Below, one piece after another: positions 1 through 14,536 of a stretch of DNA of 64,000 nt. A program made the position numbers and the translations under genes. Under the pieces are notes generated by a model, which was not told the DNA's origin, ran no database searches, and was given only the letters and a program-made list of their open reading frames with translations. This stretch comes from the human T2T-CHM13v2.0 reference genome, Homo sapiens. Positions within the stretch are counted from its first letter, which is position 1, and each line of letters begins with the position of its first letter. The stretch lies in assembly GCF_009914755.1 (NCBI RefSeq), contig NC_060941.1, one strand, 5' to 3'.

Positions 1-576
1 ACAAACAAACCCCCCAAAACTATGAAGTTTACATTGTAGTGGGGGAGGATAAGGTAATAAGGTAAATTAGAGGTAATACATGCTAAGGAGAAAAATCAAG
101 CAAAAAAAGGGAAGAGGCGGTTTGGAGAAGGCTGTGAGTATACATAGCGGGGGCCAAAGGTCTCAGCTGACATACAGTAAAGAGCTGAAGGAGGTGAGGG
201 AGGAAGTCATGTGGACATCTGAAGGAAGAGGGATCTAGGTAGAGGGAACAGCAACTGCAAGGGCCTGAAGGGGCCAACAGAAAGGAGTGAATAACAGTAG
301 AAACTAAAGTCAGAGAGCAGTACCAGGGAGCCAGATCCTACAAGCCTTAATGATTTTACTTTTACTCCAAGTGAGATGGGAAGCCATGAGAGGGTTCTGA
401 GTAGAGAAAGATCATGATCTTACTCCCATCTTACCAGGACCACTGTGGCTGCTGAGTAGACTTAAGTGATGGAAGGCAAAGGTTGAAACTGAGAGACCAA
501 TTACAGTTACTGCAATTAAAACAAGTGAGATAGGATTGTGTGGCAGAGGCCAGGGTGGAAGTTGTGGAGGTGTTGA

Positions 577-1107
<531 letters not shown>

Positions 1108-1156
1108 TTGGACATACATTTTGAAAGGCAATGGGGTGACAAAGAGAGGAAGACTG

Positions 1157-2893
1157 GGCTGGGCGCGGTGGCTTACGCCTGTAATCCCAGCTTTGGGTGG
1201 CTGAGGTGAGCGGATCATGAGGTCAGGAGTTTGAGACCAGCCTGACCAACATGGTGAAACCCCGTCTCTACTAAAAATACAAAAATTAGCTGGGCATGGT
1301 GGTGCATGCCTGTAATCCCAGCTACTCTGGAGGCTGAGGCAGGAGAATCGCTTGAACCCGGGAGGTGGAGAGGTTGCAGTGGGCTGAGATTGTGCCACTG
1401 CACTCCAGCCTGGGCAACAGAGCAAGACTCCGTCTCAAAAAAAAAAAAAAAAAAGAGTAAGACTGTAGAAGTGGTATTTGGGTGTTTGGGTGGGAGGAAT
1501 TCGGGAGCTTGATTTTTAGATGTAAGTTTGAAATACCTAGGCCGGGCGCGGTGGTTCACACCTGTAATCCCAGCACTCTGGGAGGCCGAGGCGGGCAGAT
1601 CACGAGGTCAGGAGATGAGACCATCCTGACTAACACAGTGAAACCACGTCTCTACTAAAAAATACAAAAAATTAGCCAGGCGTAGTGGCAGGCGCCTGTA
1701 GTCCCAGCTACTGGGGAGGCTGAGGCAGAATGGCGTGAACCCGGGAGGAGCTCGCAGTGAGCCGAGATCGTGCCACTGCACTCCAGCACTCCAGCCTGGG
1801 CAACAGAGCAAGACTCCACCTCAAAAAAAAGAAATACCTATTAGACATCCAACTGGGTATGTATACTAGACAGTTGGATATATGATTCTGGAGTTAGGGG
1901 ATGAGTCCAGAAAGAAATATAAATTACGGAGCTGTCAGCGTAGAGATGGTGCAGAAAGTCTTGACGCTGAAGGCTGGGCACAGTGGCTCACTCCTATAAT
2001 CCCAGCACTTTGGGACGCCCAGGTGGGAGGATCGCTTGAGCGAGTTCAATACCAGCCTGGGCAACAAAGGCTGGTATTACAAAGGCCCGTCTCTACAAAA
2101 AAATAAAAAGTTAGCCAGGTGTGGCAGCCCAAGCCTGTTGTCCCAGCTACTTAGGAGACTGAGGTGGGAGGATCACTTGAGCCCTGGAGGTTGAGGCTGC
2201 AGTGAACCATAATTGTGCCACTGTACTCTAGCCTTGGGGACACAGCAAGACCCCAGTGCCACAAACACACAAGCCTTGACATGGAAAGAGATCACCACAT
2301 TCTATGTGCCCTCTCATCCCTGCTCACTCCATTACTTGGTGTCCCTAAGCTCAATACTTCCCTTGCTGATCTGAGGCCATACAGTCTGGTGAAAGAGGGC
2401 CGGACTCTTGGCTTCTTAACACATTCACATACGTTTGTTTAAAATTTCCAGTGTTTCATGCTTTCAGCCCACAAAGCACAGACACAGTTTTAATGAGAGG
2501 TTTTCACATCAGGCCAGAGAATGTCAGTCTTCTCCATCTCCATAGAGATTTTAAAAAGCACACCTCAGACAAAAAAGAAAAACAAGCAATTAAGACTATT
2601 TCAGGGCTGGGCACGGTGGCTCACACCTGTAATCCCACCACTTTGGGAGGCCGAGGCGGGCGGATCACCTGAAGTCGGGAGTTCCAGACCAGCCTGACCA
2701 AGGAGAAATCCTGTCTCTACTAAAAATACAAAATTAGCTGGGCGTGGTGGCGCGTGACTGTAATCCCAGCTACTCGGGAGGCTGAGGCAGGAGAATCGCT
2801 TGAACCCCGGAGGCGGAGGTTGCAGTGAGCTGAATTTCACCATTGCACTCCAGCCTGGGCGACAGAGTGAGAATCCGTCTCAAAAAAAAAAAA
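1157..2893 (+). mobile_element. Four sense Alus: ~1157-1454, 1540-1830, 1972-2270 (AluJ-like), 2605-2893
   Basis: GGCCGGGCGCGGTGGCTCACGCCTGTAATCCCAGC-type starts, A tails, TSDs (e.g. GAAATACCTA at 1530/1831). Confidence 0.93.
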
Positions 2894-3279
2894 CGTTTTT
2901 TTCACAAGGAATTCTGAGGACTTGTTGGCTCAATTGCTTGGACATAAAGACACACATACATGAAGCTGGAGAGATAGGAAGAAGCGCTCAACACAGAACA
3001 CCCTAAGTATCCCTACTCCCTTTCAAGGACTAAATCCCTTCAGAGATTTCCTTTGCTTCAGTCCTTCAGGAGCCTCCCGAAGATGCTAGGAGTCGTTTAA
3101 GAAGGCTGGAAGATGGCCGTTGGGAAGGAACTGTTGGTAGCTGGCAATACTTCATCCCAAGGAGGCGGTGGCAATAGCTCCCTGGGCAGCAGACATCATG
3201 GATTTTCCTCCCTCTGGGAACCAGAGGTCCCTCCGTTTCTGGTTTGAATCCCTTAGAGACAAAGAACTTCATTCTCTCC

Positions 3280-5420
3280 CATACCCGCGTGGGACTGCTG
3301 GGGAGGAGAGGGGGTGGAGGGGTTAGACTTCTACCCCCATGAAACACCCGCGGGCTCAAAGAGGAGCCTGGATCCTGACTGGTCCAGGAGGCGTGCGGGG
3401 CCGCGGGGCCCCTCCGGCTTGGGCCAGGCGCGTTGCCAAGATGCCCGGGGAAGGGGCCGCCCGGCGCAGGCCGGGGACGTGGAGCGCTCGGGGCGCTCCC
3501 ACGTAGGCCACACATTGGCCGCCTGTATCCTCCTTCTTTCCTCTCAACTCCATTCTCTCGCGCTTTTTTCCCGGGGAGCCTCCGCTTTCCCCTTCTTCCC
3601 GCGGCCGCCCTCGCCCTTCTTCCCCCTCCAGACCCTCCCCCGGCTCGCCCCTCCCTCGGCAGCCCACCTTCACCCCGCTCCTCCGCGCGCTCCTCGGTCC
3701 TCGCCCCTCAGCCCCGGCCTCCCCTCGCCGGCCCCCGGCCCCCGCGGTCCCCTCCCTGCCCCCCTCGAGGCGGCGGCGGCCCCTTTCACAATAGCGCGGC
3801 CCGCCTCCCTCCTCTCGGCTCCCGGTGCACTCCCGCCCGCTCCCCTCCCCGCGCATGCGTCCTCCGGTTGGCGGCGGCTGCGGCGGTGGCGGCTACGAGC
3901 GGCTCCGTTTTTTTAAAGGGAAACGCTGAGGCGCCGGGGGTGACTGTGGGGGAGGGGGACCCCGAGCCGCGGAGACCCCCGGGAGAGGCGACAGACCCCC
4001 TCTCCCGGAGTAGGAGGGCTTTGGGCGGACCCAGCCCTCCACCCCCTCCTGAGGAGGAGGGGGGGGAAATGGAGGCTCGGGGCGGTTGAGGCGAGCTCCG
4101 GGGCGGGGGGCCGGGGCGGGGAAGGGGGGGTGCGGGGTGGGGAGACGAGGCGGGCCCGGCCGGGCCAGGGGGGGCCGAAGCGAGCTCCGGGGATGAGCTC
4201 GGGGGCGGCTGGGTGCGAGCTCCTGCCTCTGAGGCGAAGGCGGCGGCGGCGGCAGCAGAGGCGGCGGCGAGGCCCCCATGGGCCGGCGGCGGGCCTCAGC
4301 CGCGGCCTCCACGTCTCCGCACGCCGGCGGGATGGCGCCCGGGCCCCGGAGGAGCCGCGCTAGCGGAGGCCTGCTGCCGCGCTGCTGAGGCGAGCCCGCC
4401 AAACTCCCCTCCCCCCCCTCAGTCCTCGACCCCCCGCACCTCGCCCCTTCCCCACCCCCTCCTCCGCCTCGGTGCCCGGCGCTGCTCCGGACCACTATGA
4501 CCATGAGATCCGCGGTGTTCAAGGCGGCCGCGGCCCCTGCCGGCGGCAATCCTGAGCAGCGACTGGACTACGAGCGGGCTGCGGCGCTGGGCGGGCCCGA
4601 GGACGAGCCTGGGGCGGCCGAAGCCCACTTCCTCCCCCGGCACCGTAAGCTCAAGGAGCCGGGGCCCCCGCTGGCCTCCTCCCAGGGCGGGAGCCCCGCG
4701 CCTTCCCCGGCCGGCTGCGGCGGCAAGGGCCGGGGCTTGTTACTCCCGGCCGGGGCGGCCCCCGGGCAGCAGGAAGAGAGCTGGGGCGGTTCGGTGCCCT
4801 TGCCCTGTCCGCCCCCGGCCACCAAGCAAGCCGGCATTGGGGGGGAGCCTGCCGCAGCCGGAGCCGGCTGCAGCCCCCGGCCCAAGTATCAGGCGGTGCT
4901 GCCCATTCAGACGGGCTCTCTCGTGGCGGCGGCCAAAGAGCCTACGCCCTGGGCTGGGGACAAGGGTGGGGCGGCCTCCCCCGCTGCCACCGCCTCGGAC
5001 CCGGCGGGACCCCCACCACTACCTCTGCCCGGGCCGCCACCCCTCGCGCCCACCGCCACCGCCGGGACCCTGGCGGCCAGCGAGGGCAGATGGAAGAGTA
5101 TGAGGAAGAGCCCTCTCGGGGGTGGTGGCGGCTCGGGAGCCTCCAGTCAGGCCGCCTGCCTCAAACAGATCCTTCTGCTGCAATTGGACCTCATCGAACA
5201 GCAGCAGCAGCAGCTGCAGGCCAAGGAAAAGGAGATCGAGGAGCTGAAGTCAGAGAGAGACACGGTACGGGAGGGGTTAATCTGCATTCGGGCCGAGGAG
5301 CGAGTTGTGCGCATGCTCGGGGGAAGGGGGCTGTAGGAGGTTAAGGCACCCCCGGGTTAGGGGTAAAGGAGGTTGGCCACCGGCAAAGGAGTATCTTAGG
5401 CGCTGGGTCTCTGGGAGCCA
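3280..5420. promoter_or_regulatory. CpG island / promoter and 5' leader of MSL1
   Basis: Very high GC and CpG density; GC boxes; NRF1-like CGCGCATGCG at 3850-3859. Confidence 0.9.
4497..5264 (+). CDS. MSL1: MSL1 coding exon 1 (aa 1-256, Pro/Gly/Ala-rich region and start of coiled coil)
   Basis: ATG at 4497; ends GAC ACG|gtacgg, phase 0. Confidence 0.96.
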
Positions 5421-6199
5421 GGCTCACAGACACGTTGGGTTGGAGGGAAGGGTTAAAGGGCAACCTCTCAGGGGGAGGGGGAGGGGTTTCAGGTGCCAAA
5501 GGGTTAATTTAAAATGACAGCCCCAGACGTGTGGGAAAGACGTTTAGTGGAAAAAGACGTGATCTGTGAGGGGTTAAAAATGAAAGGGTGGGGTGTAGGT
5601 GTTGTGTCCTTATGGAAGGGTTAAATTAAAGAGCTATTGCGTTAGAAATGCACGGTGGAGGAGAGGGCTGTAGCAAGCAGCTGTTGCTTTCACCACTGCT
5701 GCAGCATCTTTAGATAGGAGGGCAGTAGGCCTTTTAGTGGGCACAGGGGTAGAGGTGATTTACGTGGAATCCTATTTTAGTTTTCTTAAATGATATTAAG
5801 AGAATCACTGCCTTTGATTTCAGACAGCTTTTAATAGGAACCTGAGTTCTAATACATGACCCACTGACCAGGTCCCTTTTATAAGCATGGTGTTTGAAAC
5901 TGGAAGATTTTAGGGCATCAGGGGAAAGTAAGCTTATTAAATGTATTAAATAGACCTCCCCATCCTTATTTTAGAATCTTAGGGAGTAGGAAAGTCGTTT
6001 ATTATTTCTTTACTTCTGAGGAGCTTGGACGACACAGGCTTGTTTTTACTGCAGCAGTAGTTAAGGGCATCTCTGCGTTAAAACATATTCCTTCAGATAT
6101 GAGGGAAGCTGGGGTGGGGGGTATTACTGTGCTAGCATACCTTACAGCTGCCTAAAAATAAACATGGTTTCTACAATTGTTGTGTTCAGGCTGCAGCAG

Positions 6200-6316
6200 T
6201 CTCTCTCTCCCTCTCTCCCTCCCTCTTCCTCCCTCCCTGTCTCTTTCCCTTTCTCTCTCTCTCTCTCTCCCTCCCTCCCCGCCGTCCTCATCTCTCCCTC
6301 TCTCCTCTTTCTCTCT
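6200..6316. repeat. Polypyrimidine / (CT)n-rich tract in MSL1 intron 1
   Basis: ~115 bp almost purely C/T. Confidence 0.9.
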
Positions 6317-7413
6317 GGCGTCGTGTGCGCTAAGAGCTGAGCAAGGGAGCAAGCGGCTATTCATTTTGTTTGCTTTCCAAATGAATCTCATCGGGTGGCT
6401 GTTTTATTGGAGAATGCATTCTGCAAGGTGGATTGGGAGCTGGGGCAGGTCTCATTAAAATATCTCATGGTGTTGATTTGTGGAAGTTACTCAACATGGA
6501 GGTGGCACTGCTCAGACTGTACTGCAGTCTAGGGGTGTGATGGTACCGTAATTACAACACATCATATCCTTGTATGGGGGGAGTGGGAAGAGAAGGACCA
6601 GTGAAGGAGAAAAAAATCAAGGAAATGTCACCCACAAATGGTGGTTAAGGGCTGTGAATCAAAACATATACAAGGAGATGAAATGAGAGTATGGCTGATA
6701 GGGGGGTTCTCTGCTGATTGTGGAGGTTTCTGCTCAGTTCCTGAGGTAATGGCCCCTTTGCAGGCTTTCCTAGTCAGGAAAAGTGGGGTGAGTTAAGGAT
6801 AGAGTGTCAGTCTGAACTTGGTACTCACTGCTTCTGTTGTGTATTGCAATCTTAATATTGCTTAAGCTTGTTTCACTTATTCCAGTTGTTGTTTGGCCTT
6901 GTCTGAAATCTATGCAATGAATGTAATGAAGGCAGCGTTAAACATCACTGTCTAACCCAGATAAAATTCTTGTAATAGAGTATAAGTAGCACAACACCTT
7001 TTCTCAAAACTAAACTAACACAAAGTTTTCAATACTAATAGAGTTCCATTTTCTGTTTAGTTTTTTAGTCCTTCCTTTTAACTAAAACTAAAGGAACTTT
7101 GATTTTAATAAATATTTAGATGAATAGGTATAATTTTTTGTGTTACCTCAAATTCAAAGGAATGTGTTTATGTCATGATTGTTGGAATTATGGGTACTGA
7201 TTTCTATTTTCCAAATGAAATGTTCATTGTTTTAAAAGTACCCCCTCCCACACATACCCCTTTCAAATAACACTGCCATTCCTGGTGGCACTGTATGAGC
7301 TCTTAATTCCTTCTCAATGTACTGTTTGCACTTTGCTGTTGTGTATAGAGCTTTGGAGTAGAAGTAGAGAGGATAGAATTTGGACAATCTCAGGGCCTCT
7401 TAAAAGATCATGT

Positions 7414-7694
7414 AGGCTGGGCGCGGTGGCTCACGCCTGTAATCCCAGCACTTTGGGAGGCCTACGCAGGTGGACCACGAGGTCAAGAGATAGAGACCAT
7501 CCTGGCCAACATGGTGAAACCCTGTCTCTACTAAAAATACAAAAATTACCCGGTGTGGTGGCGGGCGCCTGAAATACCAGCTACTCGGGAGGCTGAGGCA
7601 GGGAGGCGGAGGTTGCAGTGAGCCATTGCAATCCAGCCTGGGCAACAAGAGCAAAACTCCGTCTCAAAACAAAAACAAAAACAAACAAACAAAA
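7414..7694 (+). mobile_element. Alu in MSL1 intron 1
   Basis: Alu consensus with (AAAAC)n tail. Confidence 0.93.
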
Positions 7695-8066
7695 CATGTA
7701 TACAATTAATTCTGGAAACTCCCGAACCAACTTGGAGCCACACAGGTAGCAGTAGCAGAGACCATGCCATTAAAAGGCATGTTACGGCCCTTCCCAGTGG
7801 AGAGGATCTCCCTACAGAAGAATGAACTACAAATTACCCCATGCCTCTTCCCATCTAGGTTAGCCCTTAAAATTTAACAGTATACCTTCTCTTCTCTATT
7901 TTGTTTAAGGAAAACTGTTCAGATTAATGTCTGCCTATTTAAAAAGTTGAGTTGATGTGGTCCATAGAAAGAGGCAGAAGACTATACTGATTCCTAAATG
8001 GGGCTAAGTGTCTGTGTGTTTAATTTTTTATGTGTTAAGTCTGCATTTTGCTACTCTCTCTTTTAG

Positions 8067-8290
8067 CTCCTTGCTCGGATTGAACGTATGGAAAGGCGGA
8101 TGCAGCTGGTAAAGAAGGATAACGAGAAAGAAAGGCACAAGCTGTTTCAGGGCTATGAAACTGAAGAGAGAGAGGAAACAGAGCTATCTGAGAAAATTAA
8201 ACTGGAGTGCCAGCCGGAGCTTTCCGAGACATCCCAGACTCTGCCTCCCAAGCCCTTCTCATGTGGGCGGAGTGGAAAGGGACATAAAAG
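8067..8290 (+). CDS. MSL1: MSL1 coding exon 2
   Basis: ctcttttag|CTC CTT GCT CGG (LLARIERMERR...); ends AAA AG|gtgtgc. Confidence 0.96.
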
Positions 8291-8410
8291 GTGTGCTGAT
8301 AACTTTGTTTGATGAGGACCCTTGTTACCAGTGATTGAGAGTAGGAGATTGGGATTTATGAATTGGTTTTATAGCAATCATAACTTGCTTTAGAAGTCTT
8401 CTATGCGGAG

Positions 8411-10941
<2,531 letters not shown>

Positions 10942-11128
10942 TTATATACTGCTAAGCCTGGGCTGTTCCTGCTCATGACTGCTAAATGAGCACCAGACAT
11001 TTAGGTACCTGAATACTTGTCATTTTGGGGCAAAAGAACCAGCTTATTCTTTTGCTCCAGAATGTGTTCAAATTAGATTTTATTCAAGTGTCAATAAATT
11101 TTATAATGTTTTCTTCCCTATCTAATAG

Positions 11129-11511
11129 GAAATCCCCATTTGGAAGTACAGAAAGAAAGACTCCTGTTAAAAAGCTGGCTCCTGAATTTTCAAAAGTCAA
11201 AACAAAAACTCCTAAGCACTCTCCTATTAAAGAGGAACCCTGTGGTTCCTTATCTGAAACTGTTTGTAAACGTGAATTGAGGAGCCAAGAAACCCCAGAA
11301 AAGCCCCGGTCTTCAGTGGACACCCCACCAAGACTCTCCACTCCCCAAAAGGGACCCAGCACCCATCCCAAGGAGAAAGCCTTCTCAAGTGAGATAGAAG
11401 ATTTGCCGTACCTTTCCACCACAGAAATGTATTTGTGTCGTTGGCACCAGCCTCCCCCATCACCGTTACCATTACGGGAATCCTCTCCAAAGAAGGAGGA
11501 GACTGTAGCAA
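11129..11511 (+). CDS. MSL1: MSL1 coding exon 3
   Basis: tctaatag|G AAA TCC CCA (RKSPFGST...); ends GTA GCA A|gtaagg. Confidence 0.96.
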
Positions 11512-11606
11512 GTAAGGCATAGAGAACACTTGCTCTTATACCCTAGTGGTGGCGGTCAAGCTAACAAGTGTGAAAATGCCTTTGGCATTTTTAAAAAAGT
11601 GCAATC

Positions 11607-12164
11607 AATAAAGCAGAGTTCTGTCAAGAATGAGTAAGTTAACAGCCAGAGACAGACACTGTGCAGGCATTGCAAATAGATGGAATTACAGCAAAATGTG
11701 CTCAATGTATTTGCCTGCTTACAACACTGGGAGATGTGTTTGCCAGTAAGTTGCTCATCACAAGAGCACCAGACTTGGGGGTGTAATCTCCGGCAACTTG
11801 CATGCCCTCTGAAAGAAGGGTTTTCTGTGCTGTGAAATGCATAGAACTATACTTTGCCATGCACGACTGTTCCTGCAATTGATATTGTGTGAAATCTGGG
11901 AGGGTGGTCTTTGGGTGTTCTCAGGGGCCAATGGTAATTTTTGGGTTGGGGAGCCAGCTTGGGGTGGGGAATTTTCACCTGGGCCTCCGCTCTTTAACTA
12001 TATAAACATTTATCTGTATATCTATGTCCCTGTCTGGGGGGCAGGAGGAATCTGCCAAAGACCAACAGTCTTACTTTATCTTACTATACTTCACAAAGGT
12101 TCTAAAATGTGAAGAGTTTACTTGGATTGCAGTAGCCCATTGGTTGTTCATATATTTAAATAAA
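11607..12164 (+). terminator. Candidate intronic polyA signals of a truncated MSL1 isoform (AATAAA at 11607 and 12159)
   Basis: Exon 3 reads through the donor to ...ETVASKA TAG (11522), followed by AATAAA hexamers. Confidence 0.55.
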
Positions 12165-13420
12165 ATGGTCTACAAACTATTTTTCAAACAATAAGGACTA
12201 TCTTGGGATATCTGAGCTGCTTGGGGAGGGTGTGGGGTGTGGGACCTTGGTCTTCATTCCCTTTTTTTTTTCTTTATGGCTTCCACACAGAGATGCTCCC
12301 CTATCTTCTACATCAACCAGTAACTGGAATGTGCCTTCAATCATGTAATATTAGTCTATGTCAGTCACTGCGGTTACTCTGGGGTAATGGTTGGGGAGGC
12401 CTTCTAGGATAGAGCCGCAGTCCCAAGTTTCTACCACTGTGTCTTGCCTAGCAGGATGGGGATAGAAATCCATTCCAGTGAGACAAGAGCGTTCTCCAGG
12501 CTTTGTTTGGCTGTTCTGGTGACAAAATTAAGTGGGAAAGCTAGATTAGTCGTCTTAATGATCTAACCTCTATTAGGCCTCACACTTGAGTACATGAGAT
12601 AGATCAGGATCCTGATCTAGGTTCAGATTTTTGTTGGTTCAGTCAGTTGAACAGGTTCTTCCTTAATGGTTAACCTCTTTTGCTGCCATGGCAATGCTGC
12701 GTAACAACTTAAGAGAAACGTGAAGTAACTTCCCATCCGGGATTGGGTAATGGCTTGGTCCAGAGCTGTTCTGTGTGACTGGCTATTTTTGAAAATCCTT
12801 TCTTCCCTAGTACAGACAATTTCAAACACCTCTGAGATTGTGGGCATAGTGAAACAAAGGAGTCTAATTGGGGAGATCCCAGCCCCTTGAGGAGCCTGAG
12901 TTGTGAATAAACATGTGAATCCTTATTCTTGATGCCCCTATCTCAAGAGGAAGGCTCAATGGCTTGTTCTAGGGGAGCCAAAGTCTTTGTGCATGTTGTT
13001 CAGGCTGGACCAGCAAGGTAGTTTGTTTGGAGGGAGGAGGGAGCTGTTTAAGAAGACTACATATGTAAGTTTTGAGAACACTGATCTTTTATTTGAAAAA
13101 TAGGGTCAACTTTTACTCACCTGCCATGTTCTGAGTTTAAGGTTTGATATCCTTGGCCATCAACTGTTGCAGGGAAACCACCCTAAATAATGAAGAAAAG
13201 AAGTCGTCTCAGTGTAAAAAAAAAAAGTGGTGGGCTTATTTTCTTTTCTTTTGTCTGTTGTTCCCTCTTCCCCTCCCCCAGAGAGAAATTCTCAAAAGAA
13301 CAACTCAAAAAACAAAATGGCTTCCTAGTGAGAACTTCAGTGATGATCCTTTCCTCCATTTGGGGTATGGGCTTTTTTTCTTTTTACACTGAGATTATTC
13401 TTCTTTCCTGCATTATTTAG

Positions 13421-13468
13421 GGTGTCTGATGCCATCAAGTGTTGCAGGAGAAACTTCAGTCTTGGCTG
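13421..13468 (+). CDS. MSL1: MSL1 coding exon 4 (48 nt, symmetric phase 1-1)
   Basis: ttatttag|GG TGT CTG ATG (RCLMPSSVAGETSVLA); ends GCT G|gtgagt. Confidence 0.93.
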
Positions 13469-13917
13469 GTGAGTAGAATAGGAATTGTGCTGGCTGGGCC
13501 TGGGGTGGGGGTTGTTGGGATGGTGGATGGTTGGGAGCTGCATTCCCCATCCACTGGATGTGGGAGACTGAGATTTCTTGGTGTATGATTGATTACACTA
13601 CTATAGACTTCAAAATGACAACAAATTTCAGTTGTTTTTCAGGAACTGCTATAGCATCATTATATGAATTGTCAGGTATTGGTTTAGGGTTTTTGTGATC
13701 CTGAGTTTGGCAGACTGCAATGGCATTTTAGGTTCTTTTATACCATAGCAAGGACACTGAATATGGCTTCAGGGAGGCCATAGAATGGATTCCTATCACT
13801 TGGTAACTTTGTCTCTTCTGGGGAGAGACCTCTTATCCTAGTGAATAGTTGTGCAACTTTGGATTTAAGGGTGGTTCCACCCCTCCTCCCTTTCTTTTTC
13901 TCTCTCTTTTTTTTCAG

Positions 13918-13982
13918 TTCCTTCTTGGAGGGACCACTCAGTAGAGCCTCTAAGGGACCCAAATCCTTCAGACCTTTTGGAG
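13918..13982 (+). CDS. MSL1: MSL1 coding exon 5 (start of PEHE domain)
   Basis: ttttcag|TT CCT TCT TGG AGG (VPSWRDHSVE...); ends GAG|gtaggt. Confidence 0.95.
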
Positions 13983-14079
13983 GTAGGTAACCAAGAGCAC
14001 TCAATTGAAGAGAGTAAGAGATTAAATAGAATGTGAGGGTATAACTGGAAAATGTCATAGTACTATGGATGAATTAAAT

Positions 14080-14210
14080 AATTTTAAGGCCAGACAGAAA
14101 CTTGAGAAATTATCTAGTCCAGCTCCTTCATTTTATAGATTAAAAAACAGGTCTAGAGTAGTTAAGTGATTTATTAAAAAATAAATAGCTAGGTAATGTT
14201 CAAAACAAAG
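14080..14210 (-). mobile_element. MIR fragment
   Basis: atctagtccagctccttcattttatagat...gttaagtgattt core. Confidence 0.6.
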
Positions 14211-14238
14211 GTAGATTTTATGCTAAGTAGAAAAGTTA

Positions 14239-14536
14239 GGGCTGGGTGTGGTGGCTTACGCCTATAATCCCAGCACTTTGGGAGGCTGAGACAGGTGGAT
14301 CACCTGAGGTCAGGAGTCAGAGATCAGCCTGGCCAATGTGGTGAAACCCCATCTCCACTAAAAATACAAAAATTAGCCGGGCGTGGTGGCGCACACCTGT
14401 AATCCCAGCTACTCGGGAGGCTGAGACAGGGAGAATTGCTTGAACCCAGGAGGCAGAGGTTGCAGTGAGCCAAGATCGCACCACTGCACTCCAGCCTGGG
14501 TGACGGAGTGACTCCATCACACACACACAAAAAAAA
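14239..14536 (+). mobile_element. Alu in MSL1 intron 5
   Basis: Alu consensus. Confidence 0.93.

Noticed and set aside
3314-4549. Long Pro/Arg/Gly-rich ORFs on both strands in the MSL1 CpG island (3314-3916, 3433-4089, 3893-4549, 3356-3856)
   Set aside because: Stop-codon depletion in very GC-rich DNA, mostly non-ATG starts, low-complexity products
5198-5219. CAG tract (polyQ) in MSL1
   Set aside because: Only five Gln, part of the coiled coil; too short to flag as an expansion locus
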